A DNA stretch of 64,000 nt, taken from Mayamaea pseudoterrestris (Eukaryota). This document shows positions 24,063 to 36,833 of this stretch, piece by piece; within the stretch, counting starts at the first letter, position 1, and each line of letters opens with the position of its first letter. The notes under the pieces are model-generated. The model was not told the origin of the DNA. It searched no databases and saw only the letters and a list, made by a program, of their open reading frames with translations. The position numbers and the translations under genes were made by a program. Location of the stretch: the NCBI GenBank assembly GCA_027923505.1, contig BROI01000002.1, positions 1,984,001 through 2,048,000 on the forward strand, written 5' to 3'.

Positions 24063-24693
24063 CTAACTTCGCATCGAAATGGGAGTCGAAGACGAAACGC
24101 TGCCAGCTGGACTCGTCTTTTCGCGCGCCGACAAATGCAACGACTCTCCAAAGGTTCGAAAAGCAGCCAGCTGGTCCGCCAAACTATCCGCCAAATCGCC
24201 AGGCTTAGGTTGGGTTGTGCTTTCGAATAGTTGGAGGCGATTGGTAGATTTGAGTTGGTGCGCAAAGGATGCCACGCTAGCAGATTCGTCCAAATTGGCA
24301 TGGTGCGGGTGGCTGGCATGGCCACCAGAAGTTGATCCTCCCGACTTGTTGTGAGTGTAGTTGCTAGACGTTGCATCAACGGCAAAAGGCATGTCTTCCG
24401 ATAGATAATCTTCCGTTTGCGGCGCCAATGCCGTCGAAAAGAGCATGCTGTGTGCGCTAGCACCACCAAGGCGAAAATCGAGTGGTAATAAAGAGTTAGC
24501 ATTTGCTCCAAGTGAGAGTGATGCCATCATGGATCCCTGCACGTGACGATGCGTTTGAAATGGACTCGAATGTAGAAGATCTAAAGAGGTAATAGGCGGA
24601 ACGACTTTCTCGTAGTCATATTTATCGCCCGTCAGGGTCTTTGCATGCTTTTGCTCCGGAGTTCTTGACACTGTTTGACCATCAGCATGAGTA

Positions 24694-24726
<33 letters not shown>

Positions 24727-25374
24727 AGAAACGCCACTGGCCGCGGCTGAAAGGGTGGCGTGCTCATGAGATTGCGCGGAGGCATGAGAAACGGCGGGGA
24801 CGCCGTGCCTCCTAAAAAAGCTTCACCAGGTGGCGTCGACGCTAGTGGAGTCGCTCCTGATAGCCAAGGACTATGACGATGCTGGGGACTAGCCGAAATG
24901 GGACGCATCCCACTTGACGTTGCCTCAGCAGCAGAGACGTCGGAAGGTGATCGCTCAAACGTCGTCGGTTTCGTCTGCGAGGGATGAATCGCTTGCCATG
25001 GTATATGGTTATTGTAGGCATATCCGTATTCGCCTTGCTTGGACGTAGGGCCAGCTGCAGTAGTGGTAGTCGCATTTGTCGGTGTATTCGCAGCCTTGCT
25101 TGCTTGCTCGATCAAATGAGGAGGCATTTGATGCAAAGCTGCTCGTCGCATTTCGTTTTGCTCCCTTCCTTCATCGTTCATCATCATCATGAGCGAAAGT
25201 CCACTCAAAACTCGTTCGGGAGGATTCACTGGAACTGTCTGCGATGAGACGGGCGAAGAAGATGCATGCGCACCAAGCACCGTGTGGCGGCGCTGAAGCA
25301 ATGCGCGTTGCTGGTCTTGTTGATGCTGTTGCGGCTGTCCCTGTTCCTGCACAGGGTAACTTTGCCGGTGTACT

Positions 25375-25409
<35 letters not shown>

Positions 25410-26357
25410 GTTACTCGCAACTTGATGATGACGGGACGGATCAAAGGTCGTCCCAAATCGAGACGGCGGATAGTTGGCCATGCCTCCATACTCTGGCGCC
25501 GACTGCGGCACCATATGCTTCTTGCTCGCAGTTTCATCCTCCAGATTGGTCGTATTGCGGCGCTGCAACTCTCGATGCTTTCTCTCGTCCACTCGTTGAT
25601 GAATTGGAATGGACGCAGTCGCTTGACGAAACGAAACAACATTCGCAGTGGATCTGGTAGGTAGGAGGGCATCCACCGTTCGCTGTGGTGCGTGGTAAAC
25701 CCTCCAATTCAATTCTCCATAGGGCGTCACGACACTGCTCGACGGCTCCTGCATCCGAAAACCTTGCGTCTGCACCAAGTCGGAAACATCATCCAACGCA
25801 TCGCTCACCATGTAGAGTGAGAAACCCAGCGACGCCGCTTGACTGCGTTGCGAAAAGACTTGCGATGGCAGCAAGCACGTGCTGCAGCAAAGCGTCCGCA
25901 ACCAAATAACGATACGCTTGCATACCAGTCGCAGCTGCGCAATTGGATCCTGCGTCACTGTTCCTTCCCGCGTCAAGAAGCGGTCCATGCCGCAGACGGA
26001 ATACTCCAAACACCAGCGCTCCAGTAGTTCGCGGCGCTGAGAATCGTGGGGATAGTAAACATCCAATCGCAGCGGAACATGCAAGGCGCCGCCGCCAGCC
26101 TTGGTAGTTTGTAGTATGTTGCGGACTCCGGATAGTTCTGGTAGCTGCAGATTGAATCGACTCGTTGTATTGTTTGCAGTATTATTGTTCGTTTCAATCG
26201 AGGGACATCGAGAGGTCACAATGATTTCGCATGCCTTGGCAATGGCTTCAAAGACAACTTGATCGCATTTTGTTCGCGGTCCGTTATCGGATCGGTACTG
26301 CTGCTGTTGCTGCATATGATTGTTATGATTCGTTTGATGTTGAGGGTACGAGTACAT
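24063..26357 (-). CDS. ATG13: Autophagy-related protein 13 (N-terminal HORMA domain, disordered C-terminus with polyQ)
   Basis: HORMA-type motifs KCDQVVFEAIAKACEIIVTSR, RFNL, PLRLDVY, LLERWCLEY, KRIVIWLRTL..LLPS, VTPYGEL; C-terminal EDMPFA. Confidence 0.85.
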
Positions 26358-26465
26358 GGCTTTGCCGCTGTTGGAGTGACGGTTGATTCGTCGATCGTCA
26401 TGGTGACTCTCACGAATTCTGATCGCGGGGAATCAAAAGTCAAGCGATTTTGAAAAGACAAAACA

Positions 26466-26700
26466 GTTATCACTGGCACCCGTTTCATACTATAGCCTCA
26501 TGTCGTAGTTTTCACTGGCACCCGTTTTATACTATTGCCTTTTAACGGAGTTTTCACTGGCACTCGTTTCGTAATATTGCTTAATGACGTAGCTTTCACT
26601 GGCACTCGTTTCATACTTAAGCGTGATGACGTAGTTTTCACTGGCACCCGTTTCATACTATTGCCTGATGACGTGGCCTTACCTAGCACTCGTTTCCATA
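26466..26700. repeat. 42-bp minisatellite, about 5.5 copies, in a divergent intergenic region
   Basis: Unit approximately gttttcactggcacccgtttcatactattgcctgatgacgta, repeated head to tail. Confidence 0.92.
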
Positions 26701-26772
26701 ATCCGTTACGGCTCATCATAAACTCTCGCTGGTGCCATTCTTGTGATCATACAGTATCGGCTTGCAGCCACC

Positions 26773-28086
26773 ATGGCCGACATCATGTCTTTCCTCGACT
26801 TGATGCCTTACAAGCATTTAACGCCCATTGTTGATCTTACCTATCGCAGCTACCGTCTTTTACTTGAGCAAGTTTACGCCAACGCTAGAGCAGTTCCAGC
26901 GCCACGCCATGGGGGCGGATTATACGGCCATTTGTGCATTGCCATGTCACCCGAAGACTATGCGATGATGGAAGGTTCAGAGCCGTATGGTATGCCAATG
27001 CATCCGCCAGACTTGAATTTTCCTGTAGACGCGGACGATGAAGCCATTGCCGCTTTGATTGAAGAGGATGATCAAAAGATTGCCGACTGGAATCTTTATC
27101 ACTGCGTCTACAACCACCTGCTCAAACAAATTCACGAAGCCGTTCCATCATGTTACTTTTCCAGCTTAACGCCGCTCGAGTTTGAATCAAGTTCACCATA
27201 TCAACTCCTACAGGAGCTCAAGCAGGATGATGACTTCGAACTTCCAGGTGACGTTCCAGTTGACATCATTAAACGAGTCCGAACTACGTCGCTCTCTCTC
27301 TGTCGATACCTCCAAGAACAAGGCATTATACGTATTGTTCAAGACTACTATCAAGAATGTTTAGAAGAGGATGTTTTGCATCGGTTTGATGCCTTGCGTG
27401 AAGCCGTCATAAATGCCTCTCCTTGTCAAGGCGACTATCGCATGCGAGCCTTGATGGACGAGCTTGTTGGCTATCTGCATTATTACTCGGCGAATCAACG
27501 TTTCATGTCGAAAGCGATGACACTCTTTGCGTTCAAATTATGTGAAACCCTCCCGATCCCGATTCGGCAACGACTTTTCGCGTCGCTCTTTGGTATATTT
27601 CTGCAGGCGACGCGCGAGCATACGCATGCTCTGTGTATATACTTTGTCATGTTTCTGCAAGGCTGCCTCGTCATTTCAAATTCCGAGGATCAAACTGCTA
27701 TACGCTCCGATTGGGGTAGACTTTCTGTCGAGCAGCTTTTGAAATCTGATGCTGTGGAACTTATTCTGCAAATAATGGAAAATATGGATCTTTTTTACGA
27801 ACCTCTCAAGGAGCATAGTAGTGTGACAATGCAATTTGCGAGTGCGCTTTCAGCAAATTTGTTTTGTTCCATTTACCTGTATTTCCGCAATGACAATTCT
27901 TTGCACCCGCGGTGCGAAGTGTTATTTCCCGTGCTGGAGGACAAAATGCCGATTCTTCTTGGCCTGATAGGAATCGGTGCCGCTGACGTAGAAGTTGAGC
28001 TCGATAATGTTGTGGCGGACGACGAAGCAGTAAATGAAAACGAAGCTGGCGATGATGAGCCTGGTGGTGATGATATTGAGGCATGA
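26773..28086 (+). CDS. Protein with Ty1/copia (CoDi-like) Gag-type N-terminus fused to an unknown helical domain and acidic tail
   Basis: LTPIVDLTYRSYRLLLEQVYANARAVPAPRHGGGLYGHLCIAMSPEDY...P.HP...LLKQIHEAVPSCYFSSL resembles the ANA..V....GGG..GHL Gag N-terminus recalled from diatom copia elements. No pol motifs or LTRs seen. Confidence 0.65.
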   Translation: MADIMSFLDLMPYKHLTPIVDLTYRSYRLLLEQVYANARAVPAPRHGGGLYGHLCIAMSPEDYAMMEGSEPYGMPMHPPDLNFPVDADDEAIAALIEEDDQKIADWNLYHCVYNHLLKQIHEAVPSCYFSSLTPLEFESSSPYQLLQELKQDDDFELPGDVPVDIIKRVRTTSLSLCRYLQEQGIIRIVQDYYQECLEEDVLHRFDALREAVINASPCQGDYRMRALMDELVGYLHYYSANQRFMSKAMTLFAFKLCETLPIPIRQRLFASLFGIFLQATREHTHALCIYFVMFLQGCLVISNSEDQTAIRSDWGRLSVEQLLKSDAVELILQIMENMDLFYEPLKEHSSVTMQFASALSANLFCSIYLYFRNDNSLHPRCEVLFPVLEDKMPILLGLIGIGAADVEVELDNVVADDEAVNENEAGDDEPGGDDIEA

Positions 28087-28696
28087 GCTACTGATAGCAA
28101 GTAAATAACGATGCAAATAATGTCATGGTGTGTAAAACACTTGCTCCATTCTCCAGGATTAGCTAACTTAAGTGGAAAGGGTGAGTCATTCGACCCACCT
28201 ATAGAGTATAGCCCCTGCAACCACGAGGGAAAGTAGCATGTATAAGCCAAGCCACCTTTAAAACGAACTAAAGTAGCTTCTGGGAGGCAGCTGAGCAAAA
28301 AGACAACAAGAAACAAGGCATGCGCTCCGGATCACCTGGCAGGCTACCGGTCCTGCAACCCACCTGAAGAGTGTACCGGTAGCCCTTGCAACAGCTTGAG
28401 GGACAGTAGCATATACTAACGATCCAAGCAGCTACTAAAACCCGCCTGCGCACTGATTGGGGTTTCAGCTGCAAGTCAACAACGACTGAAAGGCAGGCAA
28501 ACAACCGGGTAAGCTACCCCGTCGATCTTTACAGTACCGCTAAGACAACTTTTGAAGACAACACCACTCCGACATCAACGGCAGGATCACTCACTTGCTT
28601 GCACCTCGTGGCCTCACAAAATGACCATTGGCCATCCTTGAAAGCAATCATTTGCTATACTCTCTCTCATCTTGCTCCTAGTCTCATATATTTACC

Positions 28697-31600
28697 ATGT
28701 CTAACAACAACAACACTGTCCCCGTTCTCCTTCCTCCAAAGGGAACTGCCCGCGTCAAGAGCGTCATGAGTGGCGATACCGTCGTTTTGGTTGGATCCGG
28801 TCCGGCGGCTCCAAATGTCGTCTTTACTTTGGAAGGTGTTTCGTCGCCGCGGTGAGTTAAGGAACTATCACATGAGTTATGATTGCAAGAAGGGGATTGG
28901 AATGCTATTTAAAACGGTTTAAGCATATAATTATGCAAGTTGAGGTCTGACGATCCTTCGAGTGTGACATCACAAAGATCCATTCAAAATGGCCAATGTA
29001 TGACCTCTATAAGAGTCATCTTTTCTGACTCTTCAATTCAATTTTCCATCATTTTCAGTCTCGCGAGCAAGTCGACTCCAGCCGATGAACCTGGCGCCTT
29101 TGCCGCCCGCGAGTGGTTGCGTCAGCTAGTCGTTGGCAAGACGGTCTCCTTTGAGACGCGCAAGCAGGGCGCCAGCGCTGGTGACCGCGTGTACGGATGG
29201 CTCTTTTTGACGCCTGCTGCGAATGGAACCAACGGATCTAGCAGTAGTAGTAACATGCACTTGGCCGTCGAATGCGTTCGTCAAGGACAAGCCACGCCAA
29301 AGGCTGTCAAGTACAGTGACGAAGGCAAGACTAGTACGATTGACACGAGCAGTAGCGAAGCTGATCCAACCAACGACCAGGAAGGCTACGAGTCGCAACT
29401 GATCAAGGCCTACAATGAAGCCAAGGAGGCTAGTCGTGGGATTCATTCCAGCGCTCCGCTTGTTCGCACTATCAAGACTTCGGGCGACGACTACGCCATG
29501 CTTGCCTTGGTCGAAGCGGTTGAAAAGAGAGCGACCAATAAGCGCATCAAGTGTGTCATTGAGTATGTTTTTGATGGAAGCCGATTTCGCTGTCAAGTGA
29601 CGGATGACTCGTTGCCCGACTATCAGTATGCTACATTTACATTGTTGCTTGCTGGTGTTCTTTGTCCAAAGGTTGGAAATCCGCGCGCAACACCGCCAGC
29701 TCCGTCGGAAGCCTTTGCCGAGCAGGCGCGAGCCTTTAGTGACATGCGACTGCTGCAGCGAGAATTGGATATCGGACTGGTTGGTACTGACAAGAGTGGG
29801 TCGTCTGCTGTGGGAATGATTTACCATCCTGCTGGAAATATTGCCGTCGAGTTGCTCAAGAATGGGTTTGCCAAAATGACAGACTGGAGCGTGCGGCTCA
29901 TGCCAGTGGAGGAGGTTCCTGCCTTGCGAGGTATGTATATTCTGATTGCGTTGTCTTTGAATAAATGTTTCTAAATCATGTCACTTACAAGTTTGACTTG
30001 CTCTTTTTAGTTGCCGAAAACACTGCCAAGCGAACTCTTGTCGGCATTTGGCACTCCTACGCGCCTCCCGTTTTGACAAGCGCATCGCAAGTCCGTGGAA
30101 CCGTCGTTGAGATTATTAGCGGAGACTCCTTGCTCATTCTACCTACTGGAAAGGCATATACGTCGGAGGATGTACTCGTAAAGGTTTCGCTTGCATCTAT
30201 TCGCGCTCCTCGTCCAGGGAACGAACGAGCTGGTCGAGCTGACGAGCCATATGCTTTGGAGTGCAAGGAGCAGCTTCGAGCAATGACTATCGGTAAGGAA
30301 GTTTCCATTGAAATCCACTATGAGCGAGATATTCCTATCCAACCTGGCGTGAATGAAAAGCGTGCCTTTGGTACATTGACTAGTGGCAAGCATGAAGATG
30401 TTGGCGAGTTCCTCGTTAGTGAAGGGTTGGCTGTCACGCAACGTCATCGCGACGAGGATCCAAAGTCTGCCCGTTACGATGAGCTGCTTGCGGCCGAAGC
30501 TGTCGCCAAGGCTGCCAAAAAGGGTGTGCACAAGGAAGGAGAGTACAAGAGCAAGCCAATCAACGATCTAACTGACCCAAAGAAAGCCAAGACCTACTCT
30601 GGATCCTTAATGCGCGCTGGTACAGTAAAGGGTACCGTCGACTTTGTTTTCAATGGAGCTTTATTTAAGGTGTTCATTCCTTCTGAGAATTGCCACATTC
30701 GCTACTCGCCAAACATGGTCCGATGTCCGCAACCGTCTCCTTCGCCAGGCAGCAAACAACCAGGCCGACCTGGGGAGCCGTACGGAGATGAAGCCAAGTG
30801 TCATTCGCGTCTTCATTTGTTGCAGCGACAAGTTGAGATTGTATGCAGCGGCGTTACCAACAGCGGCATTATCACCGGAGCCATGTATGTGGGTAGCGGC
30901 AAGAGCCGTCGTGATTACACCATTGAACTGCTTGGAGCAGGTTTGGCGACTTTGGATGAGCGCAAGCTAGAGTATGGTGAGGTGCCACAAAACCTAATTG
31001 ACGCTCAAACGGCCGCAGAACAAGGCAAAGTAGGAGTATGGTCGTTGGACCGGCCAAAGGCAGAAAAGAAGCAAGTCGTTACTACCAACGAAAAGTCGAG
31101 CGAGACTGTCGTTACGATCAGACTGAGTGAGATCCGCAGCGGCAGCCACTTTTACTATCACGTTGCGAACGATGATGCCTCGCAAGTCATGGATGAAAGC
31201 ATGAAGCTATTCACCCAGACCAATGGAACCAGCGGAGCACCATGCGACGCCAAAATTGGAAAGGTTGTAGCAGCGCTTTTCGACGATGGCACCGGAAAGA
31301 GTTGGTACCGCGCCAAGATTATTGAGAAGAAGGCGCCATCAAAGGTGTCTGTCCTCTTTATTGATCATGGCAATGTCGCCACGGTTCCGATTGCGACTCA
31401 CCTTCGCCCACTTGACATGAGTCTCAGCGTCGAGCGCATACCAGCTGTTGCGCGAGAGGCGGTGCTAGCTCTTACTACAACGCGTTCGCTTGAAACGGAC
31501 GAGGGTATTGAAGCTGCTCGTTTTTTCCAAAGTCTTGCTTGGAACAAGGATTTGACTGCGATTCTTTTTGCGCCAGACGAAACTGGCAAGTTGGCTGTTG

Positions 31601-31833
31601 TCATTTCTGTTCCTGGGCAAGATGAGACGATCAATGCTCAAATGATTGCGGAGGGTTTGGCTCGCGTAGGCAAGAAGGATGCCTTTGAGGCGATTGCTTC
31701 TCGAATGGCCGACAAAACATCTCTGACCAGCTTGATGGAAGATTTGACGAAGGCTCAAACTGCTGCACGTCGTGCACGCACAGGCATGTGGCGTTACGGC
31801 GATGTCGGTGATGATGACCCAGCTGACATTTAA
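28697..31833 (+). CDS. SND1: Tudor staphylococcal nuclease; exons 28697-28851, 29059-29930, 30011-31833
   Basis: Four SN repeats (VKSVMSGDTVVL, EYVFDGSRFR, VEIISGDSL, DFVFNGALFK), Tudor domain (VAALFDDGTGKSWYRAKI...VLFIDHGN) and terminal GMWRYGD; both introns are GT-AG and restore frame. Confidence 0.95.
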
Positions 31834-32094
31834 GCTTATAGAATTTAGAACTGCTAGTAATCGTTGGTGCAATGCTGTCATATTGTGATTATACAATCGT
31901 ACCAGTACCGGTGGTATATACAAGCAACTGAAGGCACGAAACGACAACTTACTTTGTAGATCCCGTGTCACATTCGGTGTCGGTACGACACGCAGATTTT
32001 TCGCTGCCGCTGCATGCGCGCGCACAAGATTTTGGCAGCTATCATTCATGACCCTTCCAACATTGAGCGTTGCTCGGCGTTCTCGTTATCAATC

Positions 32095-34835
32095 ATGGTT
32101 TTCTCTGGTTTCAAAAATGGCTTGAAAGGTTGGATGGGGAAATATATCTGGAACACGAAAGAGGCGGAAGATGCGGCGACGACGACGACGATCAGCAACG
32201 AGACTGACATGCCGTTTCCTGGTGCGGCGCCAAATCCGCTGTCTTCTTCACAATCACTTAAACAAAGCACGCCGCCGATCCAGCTTGAGAGAGGTAAAAT
32301 TGGGCGTAAGCGGTCTTCTCCTGCGTCTGATTCGTTGCCGTCTCGCCAATCAAAACGGAAACGCACATTGAAACGAGATGAAGAGATCTTTGAGTATCAA
32401 GATTGGCCGCCATCAAATATCAGTGCATCTGCTAGTAGCAGCGAAAATGCAATGGAAGGTGCGGCGACTGAGCTCCGTCAAGATGCCGTGGCAAGCTTGC
32501 GGCGCGTCAGCAAATCTAATGGAACGCTACAATGTGACAATGAATCTCCTGCGGCTCAACGATTCTTGTCCGCACATGCTCCTGATATCTCTACAAATTT
32601 TAATCCTTCGCAAACATGCGTCGGCGCTGCATCGCAACAAGAGACCATTGCTAGCGCGAATGAAAGCTATTGTGAGAACTTTTCAGAGTGGGACATGATT
32701 CTCGTTAATCGAGATGGAATATTTGATTCAGGCATCGCAGCCCTTTGTTTCAATAAGCAAGTTGATCACGCGACGGATCGTTTCAAGTGTTCAACACCGT
32801 TCTGGCAGCACGAGATTGTCAATCAAATTTTGACCGATCTTGGTCTCATGAACATGGCGTTTGTACGAGAGCAGAGTGATGGAACGTACAAGCGCCTCTC
32901 TAGGACGGAATCGTTCCAAATCATTCATAGTACACTGAGCGCTAGATTGACTGCAGAATTACCAAGCGCCGTAACTTGCGACGACAGTCAATGGAGTTTC
33001 GAGTCAGTGGAAGTTGACCCATCAATTGGTCCAGATCTTCGACAAATCCCGCCCTGCCGTCGAGGCGCTTCAATTGGCTCTGATGAAAGCGTTCAAGTTG
33101 CCGAGGAAAATAGCATGCCGCTTGACGAGGCACGTTTGCGTTTTGGATTGGCGGGTGTATCAGTAACGGATGCGGGTCAGTCGCTGCCTTCTCCGATTGC
33201 CAAGCAATCTGGTCCTGAAGGTGCTGCAAACCGGCAAGCAGCAGCAACGCATGTAATCGTCCAGCAAAAAAATCCAGAGCGCAACCACTTTCGAGATAAT
33301 TTGGCCGAAAGCAGTTTAAATGCCAAAGCTTGCGCCTCAGTATTGGAAGTTGAACCAACAACAGCTTCTTTTGTAAAGACGAAATGTAAGCCTAGCACCA
33401 GCAATGTCTTGATCGGACGTGGCGGGAAAATCATGAAAGACCGATTTGCTGGAGCAAGATTTTGTCGCATTGTGGCCCTGTGCTATGGCGAATACGCGAG
33501 AGCTACGTCAGAGCAGCATAAGGACTCTATTGTAGCGGTAGCCGCTACTGATCTCCGAGATCGCAAAATTACCTTTTTGCGATTGGAGCATGACGCATCT
33601 TGGAAACTTGTTACGCCATATGAGATGAACAATGTTTTACACAAGGAGTTTTCATTAACTGAACGAAATAATCAGGACGCCGAAAATTCCAGCGCCTCCA
33701 ATAATCGCGGCGTCCATCGCACACTACCCAAGTTCATCAAACACAATATCACTTCCCTTTTGCGAAGTGAAATGTCTAATCCAAAAAACTTGGACGCTTT
33801 TAACAAGGAAACGATGTACGTTGCTGCTGTCGGAGCGTCTTTTCCTGCCAGAGATATACCTTGTGGTCCTGGTACTTTTAAAAATATCGGGAACGAGCGG
33901 TACACAAGAATGATAAATTACTGGGGCCCCAGATATTCATCTATGAAACAGCCTTTCCAGGGAAGACTAGTCGACAGCATTCTCCAAGAAATTCACACTC
34001 AGCGGCGGCGATTTGTGGAACGAGCGCAAGGAGGCTGGGTTGAGGCTGACGAACAAACAGGTGCCAAGAAGGTTGAACTGGCACTCCGTACCTGGCACAA
34101 ACGGCATCCAGAGGTGCCTCTAGTAAATTATGAAACTTTTGATTCGAGTGACGAGTTTAGCTTTGGACCAGAAATCGATCGCACTACGTCGTCTGATGAC
34201 GTGAGTGTTGCTGAATATGCTAGTGACGCTTCACATTCATCAGATCCGGTCGACGGTTCTAACATGTGCGCGTCACAAGCAATTGACGCTGCTGCTCCAC
34301 CAATTCAGCATGCACTGCTGCTGAACTACGGCGGTTTAAAGCGGCCATTATCTTCCCCGCTAGGGATTTCGCAGTGTCATCATATGAAGACTCTGGCGTG
34401 TACCGGATTTTACCAGAAGACCCGTTTTTCAATTCTGACGATACGCTCAACTCTATGGAGATGCAGCTGCTTTGGTTGGGCGAAGAAAGCATGTTTTGCT
34501 TAGGTGCTTTGGAGTTTGATTTCTGTTTCATATATTGGTATGCGACGGAGGACCTACGCGTCGCCATTCGCATGCTTCAGTGGGACACGATGACTGAAGC
34601 CGAGAAGATCAATTCAATCATTAGAAGCGCCTGGCAGGTCCGTCGCCGTTTTAAATCGGGTCGAGAAAACGTTCGAAAAATGCTCGTCCAGGGACGCCGA
34701 CGTCCCGTCATGGATTCAATCATTTCGCAAATTCGCATCGAGCGACGCATGGGCGTAAAGTCTATTCGGTATCCACCGGCAGTGTCTTTGCATGATTTGG
34801 ACCAGGAACACCAATGGGACGGAAAGCTTGACTAG
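32095..34835 (+). CDS. DUF6824-like repeat protein with shared C-terminal domain; frame break near 34330-34375 (frameshift or 41-nt intron)
   Basis: Three degenerate repeats (e.g. NVLIGRGG...FCRIV...Y.RA...K.SIV...FL...W). The downstream frame 34374-34835 matches the C-terminus of the 38302 ORF. Confidence 0.68.
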
Positions 34836-35207
34836 GTCGTGCTGCAATGGCTCAGTGGAAAGTTTATCCTATGTCGCTTTGAAAGTCATGCTGCAACTGT
34901 GCATGTTGCGTGGTCGAGCACTGTACATACTGTACCAAACTACGCTAACATCGTACATATAATAAAGCGGACTGGTATACCCAATGTTATAAACAAATAA
35001 TTTTGCACCCAAACACTTCACTTGGACGCATCCAACGCTCCATAGCTGTGGAAATTTGTGCGCCCCACTAAACACTTATACATGCCTCTGAACTGTATTG
35101 ACCAAAACAGTGCCTGTTGTGGTGTGTATGAATACTTCGGCATATAAAACAGCAAAGCAGTATTAATGTGGTTTAGTTTCGTATTAGTACCAAGATGCCT
35201 AGGCTGC

Positions 35208-36833
35208 CTAGTTAGTAGAATTGTTCTCGCCATTCCCAGCGCCTCCAGCACCTGCTGCTCGCATTTCGTCAAGATGCATCTGCTTGGCTTGCTTGATCAT
35301 TTCTTCGGCATCCGTCGCTGATACTTCCTGGCCCTGCGCTTTGGCCATGGTTGTCATTGTGGCTGCCGCCACTCGCGCCTTTATATTGTCCGCGTCAAAC
35401 TCTCCAGCCATACCAGCTGCGGCTTCGGCTCGTTTACCAGCTTCGTAAAATTGTCGACCAAATATGAGAACAGCTTCCGCCCGAAACCTTCGATCCGGTT
35501 TGCTCAGCGTATTGTCTGCCAGTAGCTTGTGAAAAACTTCCTTCAAAGTGTTTTGAATATCGCGCTTGTTGATAGCCCATGTAAACTCGAGTATAGCTGG
35601 AAGTGTTTCGTCCATGGTTTCCGCAATTGCATGAGCTGCTTCGGACTCATCCACATCCATGCCGTAGGCCTCTTGCTCCATCATGCGCTGCTGCACACTT
35701 TCCGCCTGTCGCATGGCCTTGTGTCCAGCCGACGCCACCTTGACCGTCGCTCCCAACAGTTTCCAGTTGCTTCCAATGGTTGATCCAGTCTGCCTGGCCC
35801 GAGACGCAATACCAGCTAGTCGCTCGCGCAAGTCACTGTCCGTTTCAAATGCCAAGTACTGCTCGGCACATACCATGAGCGTCCAGCCAATCGTTTTGCA
35901 GTACAGCGATCCGTACGCTCCCTTGGCAATCTTTTCCGCCTCCTCCACAACTGTCAATTCCCACTTATGAACATGGTCTTGAATCCAAGTCACCTTTTCC
36001 TGAGCCTCCAAGTATGGCTGTATGCGCTCGCGCAAGTTTAACGCGCACTTGACTTGTCGCTTGCGTTGCTTCAAACTATTAATTTCCTCCACCACCTTGA
36101 AGCGCTCCTGCATGATGCGTTGGCGCTCGACCTCATCTGGTATGGAGTCCAAATCCTCCATCATGTGACGCGTCGCCGCGTCATTAATTAAACTATCGCT
36201 GGCTTGCGCTATCCACAACTCACCAACGTACGGCTCCAGCAAGGCTGATCCAAACATGACATTGAAAAATATCATTGGATCGATTTCATGTTCCATCATT
36301 TCCTGCTCATTGCCATCCTTCTTGCCATGCTTGTCGTAATATTCGCGCGTCTGCGGATTGCTCAGCACTTGGTAGGCATGTCCCAGCTTTTGAAACTGCT
36401 CGTGCGCGGTGGAATCATTTGGATTGCGGTCAGGGTGACACTTTTTCGCCATTTTGTAGTAAGCCTTTTTGATTTCGGAGGCGTCGGCATTGGTTGACAC
36501 GGCGAGTAGTTCGTAGTACTCGCGGTCGGCAACGACTCGTTCGTCTTTCATCACTCCGTCCGTCGTTGCAAATGATGTAGTCGCAGCTGCATCATTGTTC
36601 TTGCCTTCACTGGCAGCTTCCTCGGCAGCCAATTTTTTCAGTTCCTCATCAATGTGATGCAAGTCTTGTTCCAGCAAGTAAAAGACCCATTCCTTGGTGA
36701 CAGGGTCTTGCACCTTGCCTGCCGCTCGCGCCTCCTTGGCGAGTCGCGCATCCTCGACGCGGCGATCAACGTTTGTTTTCACCGACGATACGAGCGAGCC
36801 AAGAGTCTGCTTCCAGGGATGTCCGGATAACAT
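35208..36833 (-). CDS. DnaJ domain plus DnaJ-X domain co-chaperone (Djp1/Caj1/DnaJ10-like)
   Basis: J domain YYELLAVS...IKKAYYKMAKKCHPDRNP...FQKLGHAYQVLSNP.TREYYD; X domain IDPMIFFNVMFGS..LEPYVGEL, AINKRDIQNTL. Confidence 0.9.
   Translation of the reverse strand: MLSGHPWKQTLGSLVSSVKTNVDRRVEDARLAKEARAAGKVQDPVTKEWVFYLLEQDLHHIDEELKKLAAEEAASEGKNNDAAATTSFATTDGVMKDERVVADREYYELLAVSTNADASEIKKAYYKMAKKCHPDRNPNDSTAHEQFQKLGHAYQVLSNPQTREYYDKHGKKDGNEQEMMEHEIDPMIFFNVMFGSALLEPYVGELWIAQASDSLINDAATRHMMEDLDSIPDEVERQRIMQERFKVVEEINSLKQRKRQVKCALNLRERIQPYLEAQEKVTWIQDHVHKWELTVVEEAEKIAKGAYGSLYCKTIGWTLMVCAEQYLAFETDSDLRERLAGIASRARQTGSTIGSNWKLLGATVKVASAGHKAMRQAESVQQRMMEQEAYGMDVDESEAAHAIAETMDETLPAILEFTWAINKRDIQNTLKEVFHKLLADNTLSKPDRRFRAEAVLIFGRQFYEAGKRAEAAAGMAGEFDADNIKARVAAATMTTMAKAQGQEVSATDAEEMIKQAKQMHLDEMRAAGAGGAGNGENNSTN

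Noticed and set aside
24697..25400. (CTG)n microsatellites
   Set aside because: They are polyQ tracts within ATG13, not separate elements.
26743..28600. Intact LTR retrotransposon around the Gag-like ORF
   Set aside because: No protease, integrase, RT or RNase H motifs and no flanking direct repeats were found.
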